Assembly: GCF_009914755.1 (NCBI RefSeq)
Contig: NC_060945.1
Direction: 5' to 3' (one strand)
Source of the DNA: the human T2T-CHM13v2.0 reference genome, Homo sapiens
Length of the DNA stretch: 64,000 nucleotides
The translations under genes were made by a program, and so were the position numbers. A model generated the notes under the pieces. The model made no database searches. It had not been told where the DNA came from and saw nothing but the letters and a program-made list of their open reading frames with translations. Each line of letters starts with the position of its first letter. The first letter of the stretch is position 1. Of the stretch, positions 11,001 to 25,310 are shown in pieces.

Positions 11001-14000
11001 AGCTAACTATCCTAAATATATATCCACTCAATACAGGAGCACCCAGATTCATAAAACAAGTTCTTAGGGACCTACAAAGAGACTTATATTCCCACACAAT
11101 AATAGTGGGAGACGTTTACACACCACTGTGAATATTAAACAGATCATCAAGACAGAAAATTAACAAGGATACTCAGGACTTGAACTCTTCTCTGGATCAA
11201 GTGGACCTGATAGATATGTACAGAACTCTCCACCCAAAAACAACAGAATATACATTCTTCTTGGCGCCACATGTCACTTACTCTAAAATTGATCACATAA
11301 TTGGAAGTAAACACTTTTCAGCAGATGCAAAAGAACCGAAATCATAATAGTCTCTCAGACCACAGCACAATCAAATTACAACTCAAAATTAAGAAACTCA
11401 CTTAAAACCACACAACTACATGGAAATAGAACACCCTACTCCTCAGTGACTCCTGGGTAAATAATAAAATTAAGGCAGATATCAAGAAGTGTTTTGAAAC
11501 AAATGAGAACATAAAGACAACGTTCCAGATCTCTGGGACGCAGCTAAAGCAGTGTTAAGACAGAAATTTATAGCACTAAATGCCCACATAAAAAAGCTAA
11601 AAAGATCTCAAATTGACACAACTAACATAACAACTAAAAGAACTAGAGAAGCAAGAGCAAACAAACTGCAAAATTAGCAGAAGACAAAAAATAACCAAAA
11701 TCAGAACAGAACTGAAGGGGATACAGACATAAAAAAAAATATTCAAAAAAATAAATGAATCCAGGAGCTGGTTTTTTTGAAAAAATTAATAAAATAGATA
11801 GACTAATAAAGAAGAATCAAATAGACACAATACAAAATGATAAAGGGTATATCAACACTGACTTTGCAGAAATGCAAACAACCATATAAACACCTTCATA
11901 CAAATAAACTGGAAAATCTAGAAAAAAATTGACAAATTCCTGGACACGTACACCCTCCCAAGACTGAACTAGGAAGAAGTTGAATCCCTGAATAGAATGA
12001 TAACAAGTTCTGAAACTGAGGCAGTAATAAATAGCCTTCCAGCCAAAAAAAGCCCAAGACCAGATGGATTCACAGCCAAATTCTACCAGAGGTAAAAGGA
12101 GGATCTGGTACCATTTCTTCTGAAACTATTCCAAACAATTGAAAAGGAGGGACTTCTTCCTCACTCATTCTATGAGGCCAACATCATCCTGATACCAAAA
12201 TCTGTCACAGGTACAACCAAAAATGAAAACTTAAAGGCAATAACCCTAATGAACACTGATGCAAAAAATCCTCAGTAAAATACTAGTAAACCAAATCCAG
12301 CAACACATCAAAAAAGCTTATCCACCGTGATCAAGTCAACTTCATCCTCGGGATGTAAGTCAACATATATAAATTAATAAACATAATTCATCACATAAAC
12401 AGAACTAAAGACAAAAACCACATGATTATCTCAATAGATGTAGAAAAGGCCTTTGATAAAATTCAACATCCTTTTATGTTAAAAACTCTCAATAAACTAG
12501 GTATTTATAGAACATAACTCAAAATAATAAGAGCCATTTATGACAAACCCAGACCCAATATCATGCTAAATGGGCTGAAAACATTCCCCTCGAAAACTTG
12601 CACAACACAAGGATATCATCTCTCACCACTCCTATTCAACATCGTATTGAAAGTTCTGGCCAGGGCAGTCAGGCAAAGGAAATAAATAAAGAGTATTCAA
12701 ATAGGAATAGAGGAAGTCAAAATGTCTCTGTTTGCAGATGACATGATGCTACATCTAGAAAACCCCATCATCTCTGCCCAAAAGGTTTGTAAGCTGACAG
12801 GCAAATTCAGCAATGTCTCAGGATACAAAATCAATGTTCAGAAAACACAAGCATTCCTATACACCAACAATAGACAAGCAGAGAGGCAAATCATGAATGA
12901 ACTCTCATTCACAATTGCTACAAAGAGAATAAAATACCTAGGAATACAGCTAACAAGGGAAATGAAGGACCTCTTCAAGGAGAACTACAAAACACTGCTC
13001 AAGGACACAAATAAATGAAAAAAAAATTCCAAGCTCATGGATAGGAAGAATTAATATCACTAAAATGGCCATACTGCCTAAAGAAATGTATGGATTCAAT
13101 GCTATTTTCATTAAACTACCATTGACATTCCTCACAGATTTAGAAAAAACTAATTTAAAATTCATATGGAACCAAAAAAGAGCCTGTATAGCAAAGACAA
13201 TCCTAAGCAAAAAGGAAAAAGCTGGAGGCATCACGCTACCTGACTTCAAACTATACAAGGCTACAGTAACCAAAACAGCATGGTACTGGTACAAAAGCAG
13301 ACACATAGACCAATAGAAAAGAATAGAGATCTCAGAAATAAAACCACACATCTTCAACCATCTTGTCTTTGACAAAACTGACAAAAAAAGCTATGGGGAC
13401 AGGATTCCCTATTGAATAAATGGTGCTGGGAAAACTAGATAGCTATATGCAGAAAATTGAAACTGGACCCATTCCTCACACCTTATACACAAATTAACTG
13501 AAGATGGATTCAAGACTTAAATGTAAAACCCAAAACTATAAAAACCGTAGAAGAAAATCTAGGCACTACCATTCAGTAGATAGGCATGGGCAAAAATTTC
13601 ATAATGAAAACATCAAAAACAATTTCTACAAAAGCAACAGTAGACAAATGGGATCTAATTAAAGAGCTTCTGCACAGCAAAAGAAACTACTATCAGAGTG
13701 AACAGAAAACCTACAGAATGGGAGAACAATCTACCCATCTGACAAAGGTCTAATATCCAGAATCCACAAGGACTTTAAATAAACTTAAAAGAAAAAATAA
13801 AACTCCATTAAAAAGTCGGCAAAGGACAAGAACAGACACTTCTCAAAAAAAGTTATTTATGTGGCCAAGAAACATATGGAAAAAAGCTCAACATCACTGA
13901 TCATTAGAGAAATGCAAATCAAAACCACAATGAGATATCATCTCTAGCCAGTCAAAATGGCAATTGTTAAAATGTCAAGAAACAACAGATGCCGGTGAGG

Positions 14001-14670
14001 CTGTGGAGAAATAGGAACAGTTTTACACTGTTGGTGGGAATGTAAATTAGTTCAACCATTATGGAAGACAGTGTGACGATTCCTCAAAGACCTACAACCA
14101 GGAATACAATTTGACCTAGCAATCCCATTACTGGGTATATTCCCAAAAGAATTTACATCATTTTATTATAAAGATACATGCACACATATGTTCATTGCAG
14201 CACTATTCACAACAGTAAAGACATGGAATCAACCCAAGTGCTCATCAATGATAGACTAGATAAAGAAAATGTGGTACATATACACCATGGAATACTATGT
14301 AGCCATAAAAAACAAAAGAGGTCATGTCCTTTGCAGGGACATGGATGGAGCTGGAGACCATTATCTTCAGCAAACTAACACAGGAAAAGAAAAACAAACA
14401 CTGCATGTTCTCACTTATAAGTGGGAGCTGAACAATGAGAACACATCCACACAGGGAGGGGAACCACCCACACTGGGGCCTGCTGGGGGTGGCGGAGTCA
14501 GGGAGAGCATCAGGATTAATAGCTAATGGCTGTGAGGCTTAATACCTAGATGATCGGTTGATAAGTGTAGCAAACTACCATGGCAAACATTTACCTATGT
14601 AACAAGCCTGCACGTCCTGCACATGTATCCTGGAACTTAAAATAAAATAAAATTAAAAAACAAACAAACA
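8011..14670 (+). mobile_element. Full-length inactive LINE-1, older primate L1PA (about L1PA11-13)
   Basis: The 5'UTR starts ggggaggggtcaagatggcc. ORF1 remnants (EMDELTEVGFRKWII, RRSTPRHIIVRFSKVEMKE) span ~9282-10300. ORF2 runs from ~10368 with RT motif LFADDM (~12730), [11 protein letters not shown] and a C-terminal HCWWECKL. The 3'UTR ends catgtatcctggaacttaaaataaaa. Many stops and frameshifts; TSD not resolved. Confidence 0.95.
10500..10803 (+). mobile_element. AluY inserted in the L1 ORF2 endonuclease region
   Basis: gagaccatcctggctaa and ggagcttgcagtgag diagnostics, a 23-nt A tail, and TSD aagagacc at 10491-10498 and 10802-10809. Confidence 0.93.
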
Positions 14671-15599
14671 ATAAAGCTCAAGTTTCATGATAAAATAAAG
14701 AATAGAGCCAAAAAGCTTATATATCTTAGGGATTATTTAACAGAATAATATACTATCTTAACAATCTATAAAGCAATTATTGAGAACAGAGTAAGGTGTA
14801 CTTCCTCCCATGAAGCTCTTTTAAAGGTTTATTTAATGATTATCTATTTTGGGAATGGGAAAAGTTAAACAAATTTATAATCTTATGAATTAGAATTTGA
14901 GTACCGGAAATCATTACAGTTTCCTCCATTTCAAAGGAGAAAACAAAACACACACATTGATATTAAAAATGCCTTGGCTTAAATTTATCAAAAATTAAAT
15001 TTATATTGTACATGTTATTGAGACCTATCTGGAAAATATTCTCAAACTTCTCTTGTGAGTGTCAATAAATACTTATCCGAGTCTTAGAAATAAGTTAGTT
15101 AACAATAATTTCTGGTTTGGGCAGGAAAGTTCTGGGAACATCACCTTGATATTATGGGAAGAAATTAAGAAAAGTCCACTATAAAATATCTGAATGATGT
15201 TCTCAGATTGGAGCTCTGTCAGCTGGCCTTATTGCTTTCTTATTTGGATATCATCTAGGGATTGAATAGCTCCACTCTGACTCCCAGGAGAAACTTGGTA
15301 GGGATTTATCCAACAGTATCAAGGGCCACAGATGGCTTAAACAAAGCAACATCCTTACTAAAAGTAGAAGAAGCAGAAGGGTTAGAACATGAATGAATGT
15401 TCACCGTATCTATATATATTCATTTTTCTCTTCATTTTTGAGTGGTTAGCATTAAAAAGCCAATTATATATTCCAAGTATAAATTTAGATTAAGAAGAAC
15501 TGAAATAGATTATTTCTAATTTGCTTATCTGTTTCAGAAATCAACCAAGAAAATCTCCTAAGACTTGAAATTAAAATATCCTCCCCAACAGTGGTGAGC

Positions 15600-16358
15600 A
15601 TACCTTAAAAATTAATGTCAGTCAGTAATCTCAGAATGTGACCTTATAGAGGGACTTTGCAGATATGATTAGTTAAAATGAGGTCATCCTGAATTATGAT
15701 GGACCCTAAATCCAATGACTGGTGTCCTATTGAGAAGAGAAGAGGACACACGAATACATGAATACTGAAAAAAAAAAAAAAAGCTGGGTGGAGCAGGAAC
15801 AGGGATGCAGAAATGAAAGTATGCTGCTACGAACTAAAGTATGCCATGGTACATTAGAAGCCCTTACAGTTGGACAAAGCAAGAAAGAACTATTCCCCAG
15901 AGCCTTTGGAAGAAGCATAACCCTGCCACTACCTTTATTTCAGACTTTCAGTCTCCATAACTGTGAAAGAATAAATTTCTGCCTTTTAAAACATTTTGTA
16001 TTTATTTTTTTGAGACGAAGTCTCACTCTGTCGCCCAGGCTGGAGAGCAGTGGCACGATCTCAGCTCACTGAAACCTCTGCCTCTCGGGTTCAAGCAATT
16101 CTCTGCATCAGCCTCCTGAGTAGCTGGAATTACAGGTGCCCGCCACCATGCCCAGCTCATTTTTGTATGTTTAGTAGAGATAGGATTTCACCATCTTGGC
16201 CAGGTTTGTCTTGAACTCCTGACCTTGTGATCCACCTGCCTTGGCCTCCCAAAGTGCTGGGATTACAGGCATAAGCCACCGCACCCGGCCCAATTACTGC
16301 TGTTTTAAGCCACCCAGTTTGTGATAATTTGTTACAGCAGCGCTAGGAAGCTAATACA
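15600..16358 (+). mobile_element. MLT1 (B/C-like) MaLR LTR split by an Alu
   Basis: cagaatgtgacctta...aaatccaatgactggtgtcct...aataaatttctg...gttacagcagcgctaggaagctaataca. Confidence 0.8.
15994..16290 (-). mobile_element. AluS (Sg-like, probably Sg4/Sg7)
   Basis: Antisense Alu with attctctgc (1-nt deletion) and ccatcttggccagg diagnostics. Confidence 0.88.
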
Positions 16359-16944
16359 CGCACTGTAAATAAAATGAGGATACATGAGATGTATAATCAT
16401 CAATCTGTGACAATTATCCCACCAAAAAATAATTTATAAATAAATAGTTGAAAACATTTAGAAACATCCAATTTCTATTCTATGTGCTCTAGAAGCAGAG
16501 CATAACAAATATGCTCAAACTAAGCAATGACGTTGTCCTCTAGGGAAGAAAGAGCAATATAAAAGAAGGTGATAATCAATAGAGCCTAGTGAAGCAGGAA
16601 CCAAACAGCAAATTTTTTTTGGGAAATTCTTTGTAACTTCAAAGACAAAAGACATTCCAACCAGCTGATTTCAGCATATATTTAACATACATTTGATAAG
16701 CTGACAGTAACATTATGCCATCCTAGAAAGTTATATTTTCTTTGTAAATAAATTAATGCCTATAAAATATGAATGTATTGCAAATGTGATTAACGTATTT
16801 ATCCTTTCTGAATACATTAATAATTTCGAACTAAAAACTTTGAAGTGAGGACTGGAACATGGAATGTAATGACCAAGTCATCATTCATTAGCTTTACTTA
16901 GTTAGTTGGTTATCTGCCAGGAAGTCAAGTATTTATTAAGCATC

Positions 16945-17236
16945 TTTTTTTTTTTTTTTTCTTTCGAGACGGAGTCTCACTCTGTAGCTCAGGCTGGGGT
17001 GCAGTGGTGTGATCTCAGTTCACTGCAACTTCTGCCTCCCGGGTTCAAGCAGTTCTCTGCCTCAGCCTCCGGCGTAGCTGGGATTATAGGCGCCCGCCAC
17101 CACACCCAGTATTTTTTTAGTAGAGACGGGGTTTCACCATCTTGACCAGGCTGGTCTTGAACTCCTGACCTCGTGATCCACCTGCCTCGGCATCCCAAAG
17201 TGCTGGGATTACAGGCTTGAGCCACCGCGCTTGGCC
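16945..17236 (-). mobile_element. AluS (Sg-like, probably Sg4/Sg7)
   Basis: Antisense Alu with the same diagnostics as the previous copy. TSD tattaagcatctttttt starts at 16934 and 17238. Confidence 0.9.
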
Positions 17237-18127
17237 CTATTAAGCATCTTTTTTATTAGGCAACGAAAGAAGTATGCTAACAATTATTTCCCTAATTTCG
17301 TTTATAACTTTCCCAGAATTTATTGCACTGTTACTCTTTCAAATTGCAAAAAAACACAAACTCCAATTCTCTAACTTACAGTTATCTTAAATTCAATTAT
17401 GTATCTTACATCTAATAGTTGGCCTCCAATTCACCCTTTCTTCCACCTTTATTTGATCTTCCTTGCATCAGTGTCCAATTGAGAGGCAGCTATCACAATT
17501 CAACTTGAACAAGAGAAGTTTAATATAAATAATCATTAACAAGGAGAGCGAAGTAACCACAGAGTAGTAAAGAGAAATTTAAAGTACACAAGGAAAGAAG
17601 GATAAAATTTGGAGAGTGTTCCCTTCCCAAAAGCTAGGTTACTGACTTCCTTTGGGGAAGTCGTGGCAGCAGCCCATTGGATGGCAGAAAAGTTCATGGG
17701 GCTGCCCCAGCCAGAGTTGGCCCACTATTTCCATGTTAACTGGAAACACCCCATAGGGTGTGTTGATGAGTGAGGCTGGCAGAAAGGTGTGCAGAAGTAT
17801 GGGTTTCAGGGGGCTAAGTGTATTGCACATTGTTGGTAGAGCTGCCTAAAGCTATCCTCTTACCTTCATAGGTGCAGGCCTACTGATGCTGGCAAGCAAG
17901 AGTGTAGGGCGAGCTGGAGCTTAGGGAACCTCCTAGCTGACAAAGCAGTGTGAGGTCTTGGGAGCACAATGTCTGTTTCAGGAGGGCCATAGAAAGATGG
18001 TCACCAGGCCAGGGCCAGGGCTGTAAGCTTGCTAAGAGACTGTGCTCTAGGCTTTAACAGAGTCCCTCTCACAGTGATGCAGCAGAGCAAGAAGAAACAA
18101 AAATAGCAACAAAGCAGTATTGGATGA

Positions 18128-19000
<873 letters not shown>

Positions 19001-20209
19001 GGTGACAAACACCTTGGTATTGCAATGCAATGTCTCTCTATCGCCGTCTACTGGCAAAGATTAATATTATGTGTTTAAAAAGCTCTAGTGCAGATCAGGT
19101 AAAGAAATGTGCGTTTGGAGCCAAGAGCAATTCACTGAAACCTAGAACATGCTTCATTGATTCTCGGAAACAAGTATTTATAAAACCACTGTCTCAAATT
19201 CACATGGGTATGCACTTTGTGACTAGGTCTCATTTTCCATTGCCACTGCTATTTTTCTGTATCCCTTTCTCTGAAAACAGTTATCTTCAGAGCCAGCATC
19301 TCACACAATTCCACGGGGCCGCGGGGGAGGTCGCGGAGGGTGGGGGTAGTAATTTACATTGGATTCTATATGAATGATCCGCACTATTTTGAGTTATTCA
19401 GTGGAAAGTTTGCCTGAACTACGCACTAAGACGTTAAATATTCGCATGTATTTTACCTTGGATCACATAGTTTAATTCCTTATAGATATTCATCACTTCC
19501 TTAAGAACAAAGCTGAAAGGTTATGCTATTTTTTCTCTTATTAATGTCTAAGTAATACTTCAAGCCTCTTCGATCACTACCTACCTTATGCTACAGATAC
19601 TCTAAATGCAACTTGTATCATTTTGCCACTGGGTTTTGAAATATTATCCCCAAGTTAGATTATCACTGTTTTATGTTTCTGCCTATATACGTATTCTACT
19701 AAATTGCCTCACAATTGGACTCACATGACATCTTATTCATTGACATTTTAAAACAGAAACTATCACTCCTGATGAAGATCACGCATCTTAACTGTATCCT
19801 CATTTTAATACATGCTTGAGTTACTATATGACATCAACATTAAAATACCTGTCTCCAAATTTATGCTTTGAGATCAGGGACTGTGTGTTTCAGTTACATC
19901 ATAATTTGGACAAAGAAGATGTCAGTCTATATATTTTAATCTAATGATAGATTAATTTCTGATAAATTTTAAAAGTACAATTTTAAAATATTACTCACCT
20001 TTTTGTTTATTTTAAATAAAAATAAAGAGGAAAATATATTAAACATTTAAGCAAAATTCCACAAATATATACATATTTTTCTCATGTGTATATTAATTGG
20101 CATAATCCACCTCTACCCGTATGCTGCTTGGTTGGAAGAACACAGAGAAATTTCAGCTATTTCACGATAAAGAACAATTTCTGAGAAGACACATCTTTTA
20201 AAAGTGTGG

Positions 20210-20335
20210 GCCCAGGATCAGCCTTTACGCATCTCAATTCTGGCTCCAGCACTTTCTAGCTATGCGGCCTTTGGAGGTTAGTAAGTCACACTGAGCCTTG
20301 TTTTCCTCATCTATCAAACAAAGCATGCTAGTCTG
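20210..20335 (+). mobile_element. MIR
   Basis: aattctggctccagcactttctagctatg...ctgagccttgttttcctcatctatcaa is the MIR core. Confidence 0.65.
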
Positions 20336-21037
20336 AAGATGCAGTATGTACAAATAGCAAGTTAAAATGCACATGTGGAAACAATGTTCTTAATTTATCC
20401 ATAATTATGTGTTAAATAAATTCTTTATTCCACTGGCTGATACATAAAATCTCACTTTAGTCATGTTCCTTTTCTAATTTTCCTGAGCATTACCTCAATT
20501 CTGGATAAGAGGGTGATTGGAAAAATCAGACACACAAATAGCATGGCAAGAGTATGTGTTTGTGTGACTGGGGACCGAGGCACACTGCATGAGGCCCAGT
20601 CCTTGCTTTTACCTGCTGATATCTGCCCAGTGAGGCTTTTGTTTCAGGCTGCAGATGTTTTTCACGTGATTTTCCTCAGGTTCATTATCTCTCAGTGCTA
20701 ACTACATGTAGTTTTTGGCATAAGATTAATACTACTACACAACTCTGCACACTCTTTGGCTTGTGGATTTAGACATCTTAGCTAATTTTGAGGCTCCTGA
20801 ACTATGGTAGGCTGAGGAGATATCTCTTGGATCTTAATACTTTTCTTGAATAATAAGGGCAGAGGTTTCCTAAGCTCTTTGGAATCTACCTATATTAGGA
20901 TCCTCTCTCCCATTTACTGCCCCACAAGACTTGGCTCAATGTGGATTGCAGCATTGGACACCTTCTCAGGGATCCATCCGTGACTAAGATCTCTTTGTTT
21001 TCTTCTACATCTTCCTCCCTATTTCCAAAATCAAAGG

Positions 21038-21040
<3 letters not shown>

Positions 21041-21074
<34 letters not shown>
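21041..21074. repeat. (GT)n microsatellite
   Basis: About 17 perfect GT units. Confidence 0.95.
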
Positions 21075-21078
<4 letters not shown>

Positions 21079-21678
21079 AAGAAGGGAGTGTAGGAGCTAT
21101 GAGAAAATACAGAGTTGCTAGATAAATCTTTTTTTGATAAATAGCATCTTCCAAATTTAGTGATTTCATCCAAAGTTTTATATTTTTAACACATAGGCTA
21201 AGAATGTAATTCTTTTTGGTTAGCCTTCTCTGAGTCAATGACTGCAGAAAGTTCAACTCCCTAAATGACAAAAAGAGAAGGTGTGAAATGCAATATTAAA
21301 AGGTACAAATAGGGAGCAAAGGTTAATGTATACATTTTTTTTTCTGCTCAGTAGAAAATTAAAATAGAAGATGGATATAAAACACAACGAACAGTGCCCA
21401 CAACATTGAAATTGCTTAATAAGTATTAGTCACTACAAATCTGCAATCATAGCCTCAGAGAGCAAAGAATGGATTGCAAAATGCAACTGAACAGGATAGA
21501 AAAACAGAGCTTTTTCCCACTTGTATCCTCATTGGAACTTTTGGAATCAAACTTCAAAATGTGAGAAACACACACACTCTAACTGAAAGAAAAAATATAT
21601 TTTTCATAATTACAATGAACTTTTGTAGAAACGAAACACTGTAAAACAATAACATAAAATGGAAAAACAGGTAAACTT

Positions 21679-21980
21679 AGCCAGGCACTGTGGCTCAAAC
21701 CTGTAATCCCAGCACTTTGGGAGGGCGAGATGGGTGAATCACTTGAGTCCAGGAGTTGGAGACCAGACTGGGCAACATGGTGAAACTCTGTCTCCACTAA
21801 AAATAAAAAAAATTAGCTGGGCATGGTAGCATGCACCTGTAGTCCCAGCTACTTGGGAGGCTGAGGTGGGAGGATCACCTGAGCCTGGGAGGTCAATGCT
21901 GCCGTGAGCTGTGATAATGCCACTGCATTCTATCCTGGGCAACAGAGTGAGAGACCCTGTCTCAAAAAAAGAAAAGGAAA
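21679..21980 (+). mobile_element. AluJ
   Basis: ggaggatcacctgagcctgggaggtcaatgctgcc right arm, with a degenerate TSD aaaacag..aaactt. Confidence 0.9.
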
Positions 21981-23102
21981 AAGTAAAACAGAAAAACTTT
22001 TTTAAAAAGACCAAAAAGGAGTTCATGTTCTAAAAAAATAGTTTTAAAAATGGAAATTTAACAGATTGAGTGAAATGTAAAAAGCTAAACCATGAGATGA
22101 AAGTGAACAAAATAGAGCTGAAGGAAAGACAAATAAAAATAAAGCCCATAAATAGGAACTGAGAAATAGTTTTGATCAACAAATTTTTATTCATAAAATC
22201 AGAAAATTAGAGAAAATATATAATTTAGAAGACATTATAATTGCAGAAAATTTATAGTACACTATTTCAGCATTGTAGTTAGATATGATCACCACATTTC
22301 TACTTTGTTAATACTAAAAGGCATATATTATCTAACTATTTATTATAGCTATTGCCGAAGGAGGCATTTTTGTTCATTACCAGTGAACAAGGAGACAGGA
22401 GAATTGTTAATATGAACTAGCTAACTTTAATGTTTTCAATCAGTTGAGAACTAATTTATTTTCTTCCACTTTCTATTTTTGTTCATGAAATATTTCTCAA
22501 ACATATTATAACCAGAACAATGAAAAAAACTAGCGTGTATATGTGTGTGTGTGTGAGTGTGCATGTGTGAGAAATTTTAAACATTTGGGTAAATCAGACT
22601 CCTCAGGCTAAGCATTAACATCAAAGGGAATTAATTTGATTATTTAACCTGGATTCTGCTTGATACATTTAATCAGATTGAAAGAATTCAGAAATTTTTC
22701 TTACAGCTTCTTCCAAATATTAGAAAACATGTAATTAATAAGCAGTAAAATGGATCAGTTCAAAAGTTAAAGTTTAATGGATCATTTTAGCAAGCAAATT
22801 ATTTACAGATGTTACCGATGGAAAATAATAAACTATTCAAATATTTCTTGAAAGATTTTAAAGGAATTCACAAACTAACAGGAGATATCTTAGTTAACAT
22901 GATGATGCCCCCTTTCTGGCATTGTAGGTGCGAACATTCATTTAATCCAATTTGAAAACTCTCCAAGGATGCTAACTGGCAGTAACCAATAAAGGAACAC
23001 TAGAAGTAGAAACATATTTATGTTCCCATTTCTTACAAAGTCAGTGGACAAAAGTCTTTATTATTGCCCCCCCACCCTTGTTTTCTGATTTTCTTTTTCT
23101 TC

Positions 23103-23335
23103 TTTTAATAGATTTTATTTTATCTTAGAGCAGTTTTAGATTCACAAAAAACCTTGAGAGGAACGTACACAGGTTTTTCATATACCCTGGTCCTTACACA
23201 TGCATAGCTTTCACCGTTATCAACATCCTCCACGAGAGTGATACATTGGTTACGATTGACAAACCTGCATTGAGGCATCACTGTCACTCAAAGTCCATCA
23301 TTAACAGTGAGGTTCATTCTTGATGTTGTATATTG
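23103..23335 (-). mobile_element. L1MC-type 3' end fragment
   Basis: tagagcagttttagattcaca...gatacattggttacgattgac...aaagtccat matches the L1MC1/2 3'UTR, antisense. Confidence 0.75.
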
Positions 23336-24501
23336 ATTTTCTTTCTGCCAAAAATCTAAAAAGAGTTGTCCACATATAGTATCCCCTTTTGACCTCCCAT
23401 TCACTCTTTACTGGTAATATTTATTGTCAATTAAAATAATATTGGCTGGTATTTTTGTTTATAAAACAGATTTTGTGAATAATTATTTTTTAATAGAGGA
23501 AAACGTTTTGTAAAAGATTTGTAAATACACTATTTGTATGTAATCACTTCTAACATGCTGCCATTCTCCTTTGGTTATATGTTTTTCTATGTAATTGAGA
23601 TCATGGTGGTTATATTGTCAGGTAACACATTTATTTTTTCTGTTTAACAAAGTAATATGACCATTTTTCATATTATTATATATGCTGCATCAATAATGGG
23701 CTGTGTATTCTATTCCACTGGGCTATGTATGCATTATTATTGTATGTCTGTGCACAAAATTTTAATTGTTACAGCTTTAAAATAAGCCATAACATGTGGT
23801 TGGATAAGATCAATAAATTGTTTATCTTCCTCTGTTTTGGTGTTCTTAAAATCATTTCAACATTGTAATAGTGTCTATTGAGTTCTTTCACATCATTTTT
23901 AGATTTATTCCAAGATTCATTTTATGTTTTTTAATTGAAAATGGTATCTACTATTTTTTAACATTTGTTACTGAGAAAAAGAAATTTAATTGATTCTTTA
24001 ACCTTATATACAGCAACAAGGTTGCACTCATTAATTTTAAAAGATCTTAGTAGACATCATCTGTGAGTAATGATACTTTTTGAATTATCTCTTCTATTTG
24101 TTAACCACTTTGCTTTTTTAAAAAAAAAATTAGCCAATCTTTTAACTTGTTTTTGAACATTTAAATCATTCTTAATAGAGGCTTTCTCTATCTCAAATAA
24201 TGTTTTTTATAGTCAAGTTAATTTTGTCTGATGTTTATTATATCTGTTCTGGATTTTATCTGGTTGGTGTGTGCTAGTTGTATTTTTTTGCCTGCTATTA
24301 CACTTCCTATTCTCTTTTATGCCAGTCTTTTGTAAATAGTATCAGATTGTTTACAGTCCAATCTGATGATTTCTATACTCCAATCAAAAATATTAATACA
24401 TTTATATTTCTTGTGATTACTAAAACATACCTACATACATATATATGCATAGATATAATCCATTCCACATATATATGTGTGTGTGTAAAGGAATTCTCCT
24501 C

Positions 24502-24626
24502 CTTTCTAAGGAGGAGAATGTCAATATATGATTAATGAAGACCATTAGCACAAAAGAAGATCAGAAAGAAGAAATAAAAAAGAGAATAAAGAAAAAGCAA
24601 GAAAAATAGTTCATAGGAAGAGAATT

Positions 24627-24679
<53 letters not shown>

Positions 24680-24974
24680 TCTCTTTGGATGTACACACAC
24701 ACATATATATGTATATGTGCAGTAATCTTCTGAATTTATATATATGTAGGTATGTTTTAGTAACCATAAGATTACTACACATATACATATATAGTGTGTG
24801 TATGTATATATATCCAAAGGTGATATATATATATATATATATCTCCATTCTCTTACTATGAACTCTGTATTTTTCTTGCATTTTCTTTATTCCCTTTTTT
24901 ATTTCTTCTTTCTGATCTCCTTTTGTGTTAATAGTCTTTATTAATCATATATTGCCATTCTCCTCCTTGGAAAG
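24502..24974. repeat. Long inverted repeat (arms 24502-24729 and 24768-24974, 38-nt spacer)
   Basis: aaggaggagaatgtcaatatatgattaatgaagacc...gttcataggaagagaat is the reverse complement of attctcttactatgaac...attaatcatatattgccattctcctcctt. The inner arms ctttggat...cagtaatctt and aagattact...atccaaag also pair. Confidence 0.92.
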
Positions 24975-25142
24975 AGACACCCTGAATCTCAATATCTTAG
25001 TTCAAATATTGAAACTTTTAGTATCCATCCTTTAATTCTTAATTTTAGTTGTATATGTTTTTATTTCTCAGTTTAGCTCTAATTTTTATAGTTTTGACTA
25101 CTGCTCACTCTCCCTCTTGGAAATTATCTTCTCATGAGTTGT

Positions 25143-25215
25143 TATATATGTGTGTGTGTGTATATATATGTATACATATACACATATATATGTGTGTCTC
25201 TGTGTTTATATATAC

Positions 25216-25306
<91 letters not shown>
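25143..25306. repeat. (TG)n/(TA)n/(GA)n compound microsatellite
   Basis: Visible dinucleotide runs. Confidence 0.95.

Positions 25307-25310
<4 letters not shown>

Noticed and set aside
9258-14526. L1 ORF1/ORF2 pieces as active genes
   Set aside because: Numerous stops and frameshifts, a lost ORF1 ATG and an Alu inside the endonuclease region.
19985-20005. Consensus minus-strand donor AAG|GTGAGT (similar sites near 48087 and 59595)
   Set aside because: No convincing paired acceptor or coding frame; expected by chance in 64 kb.
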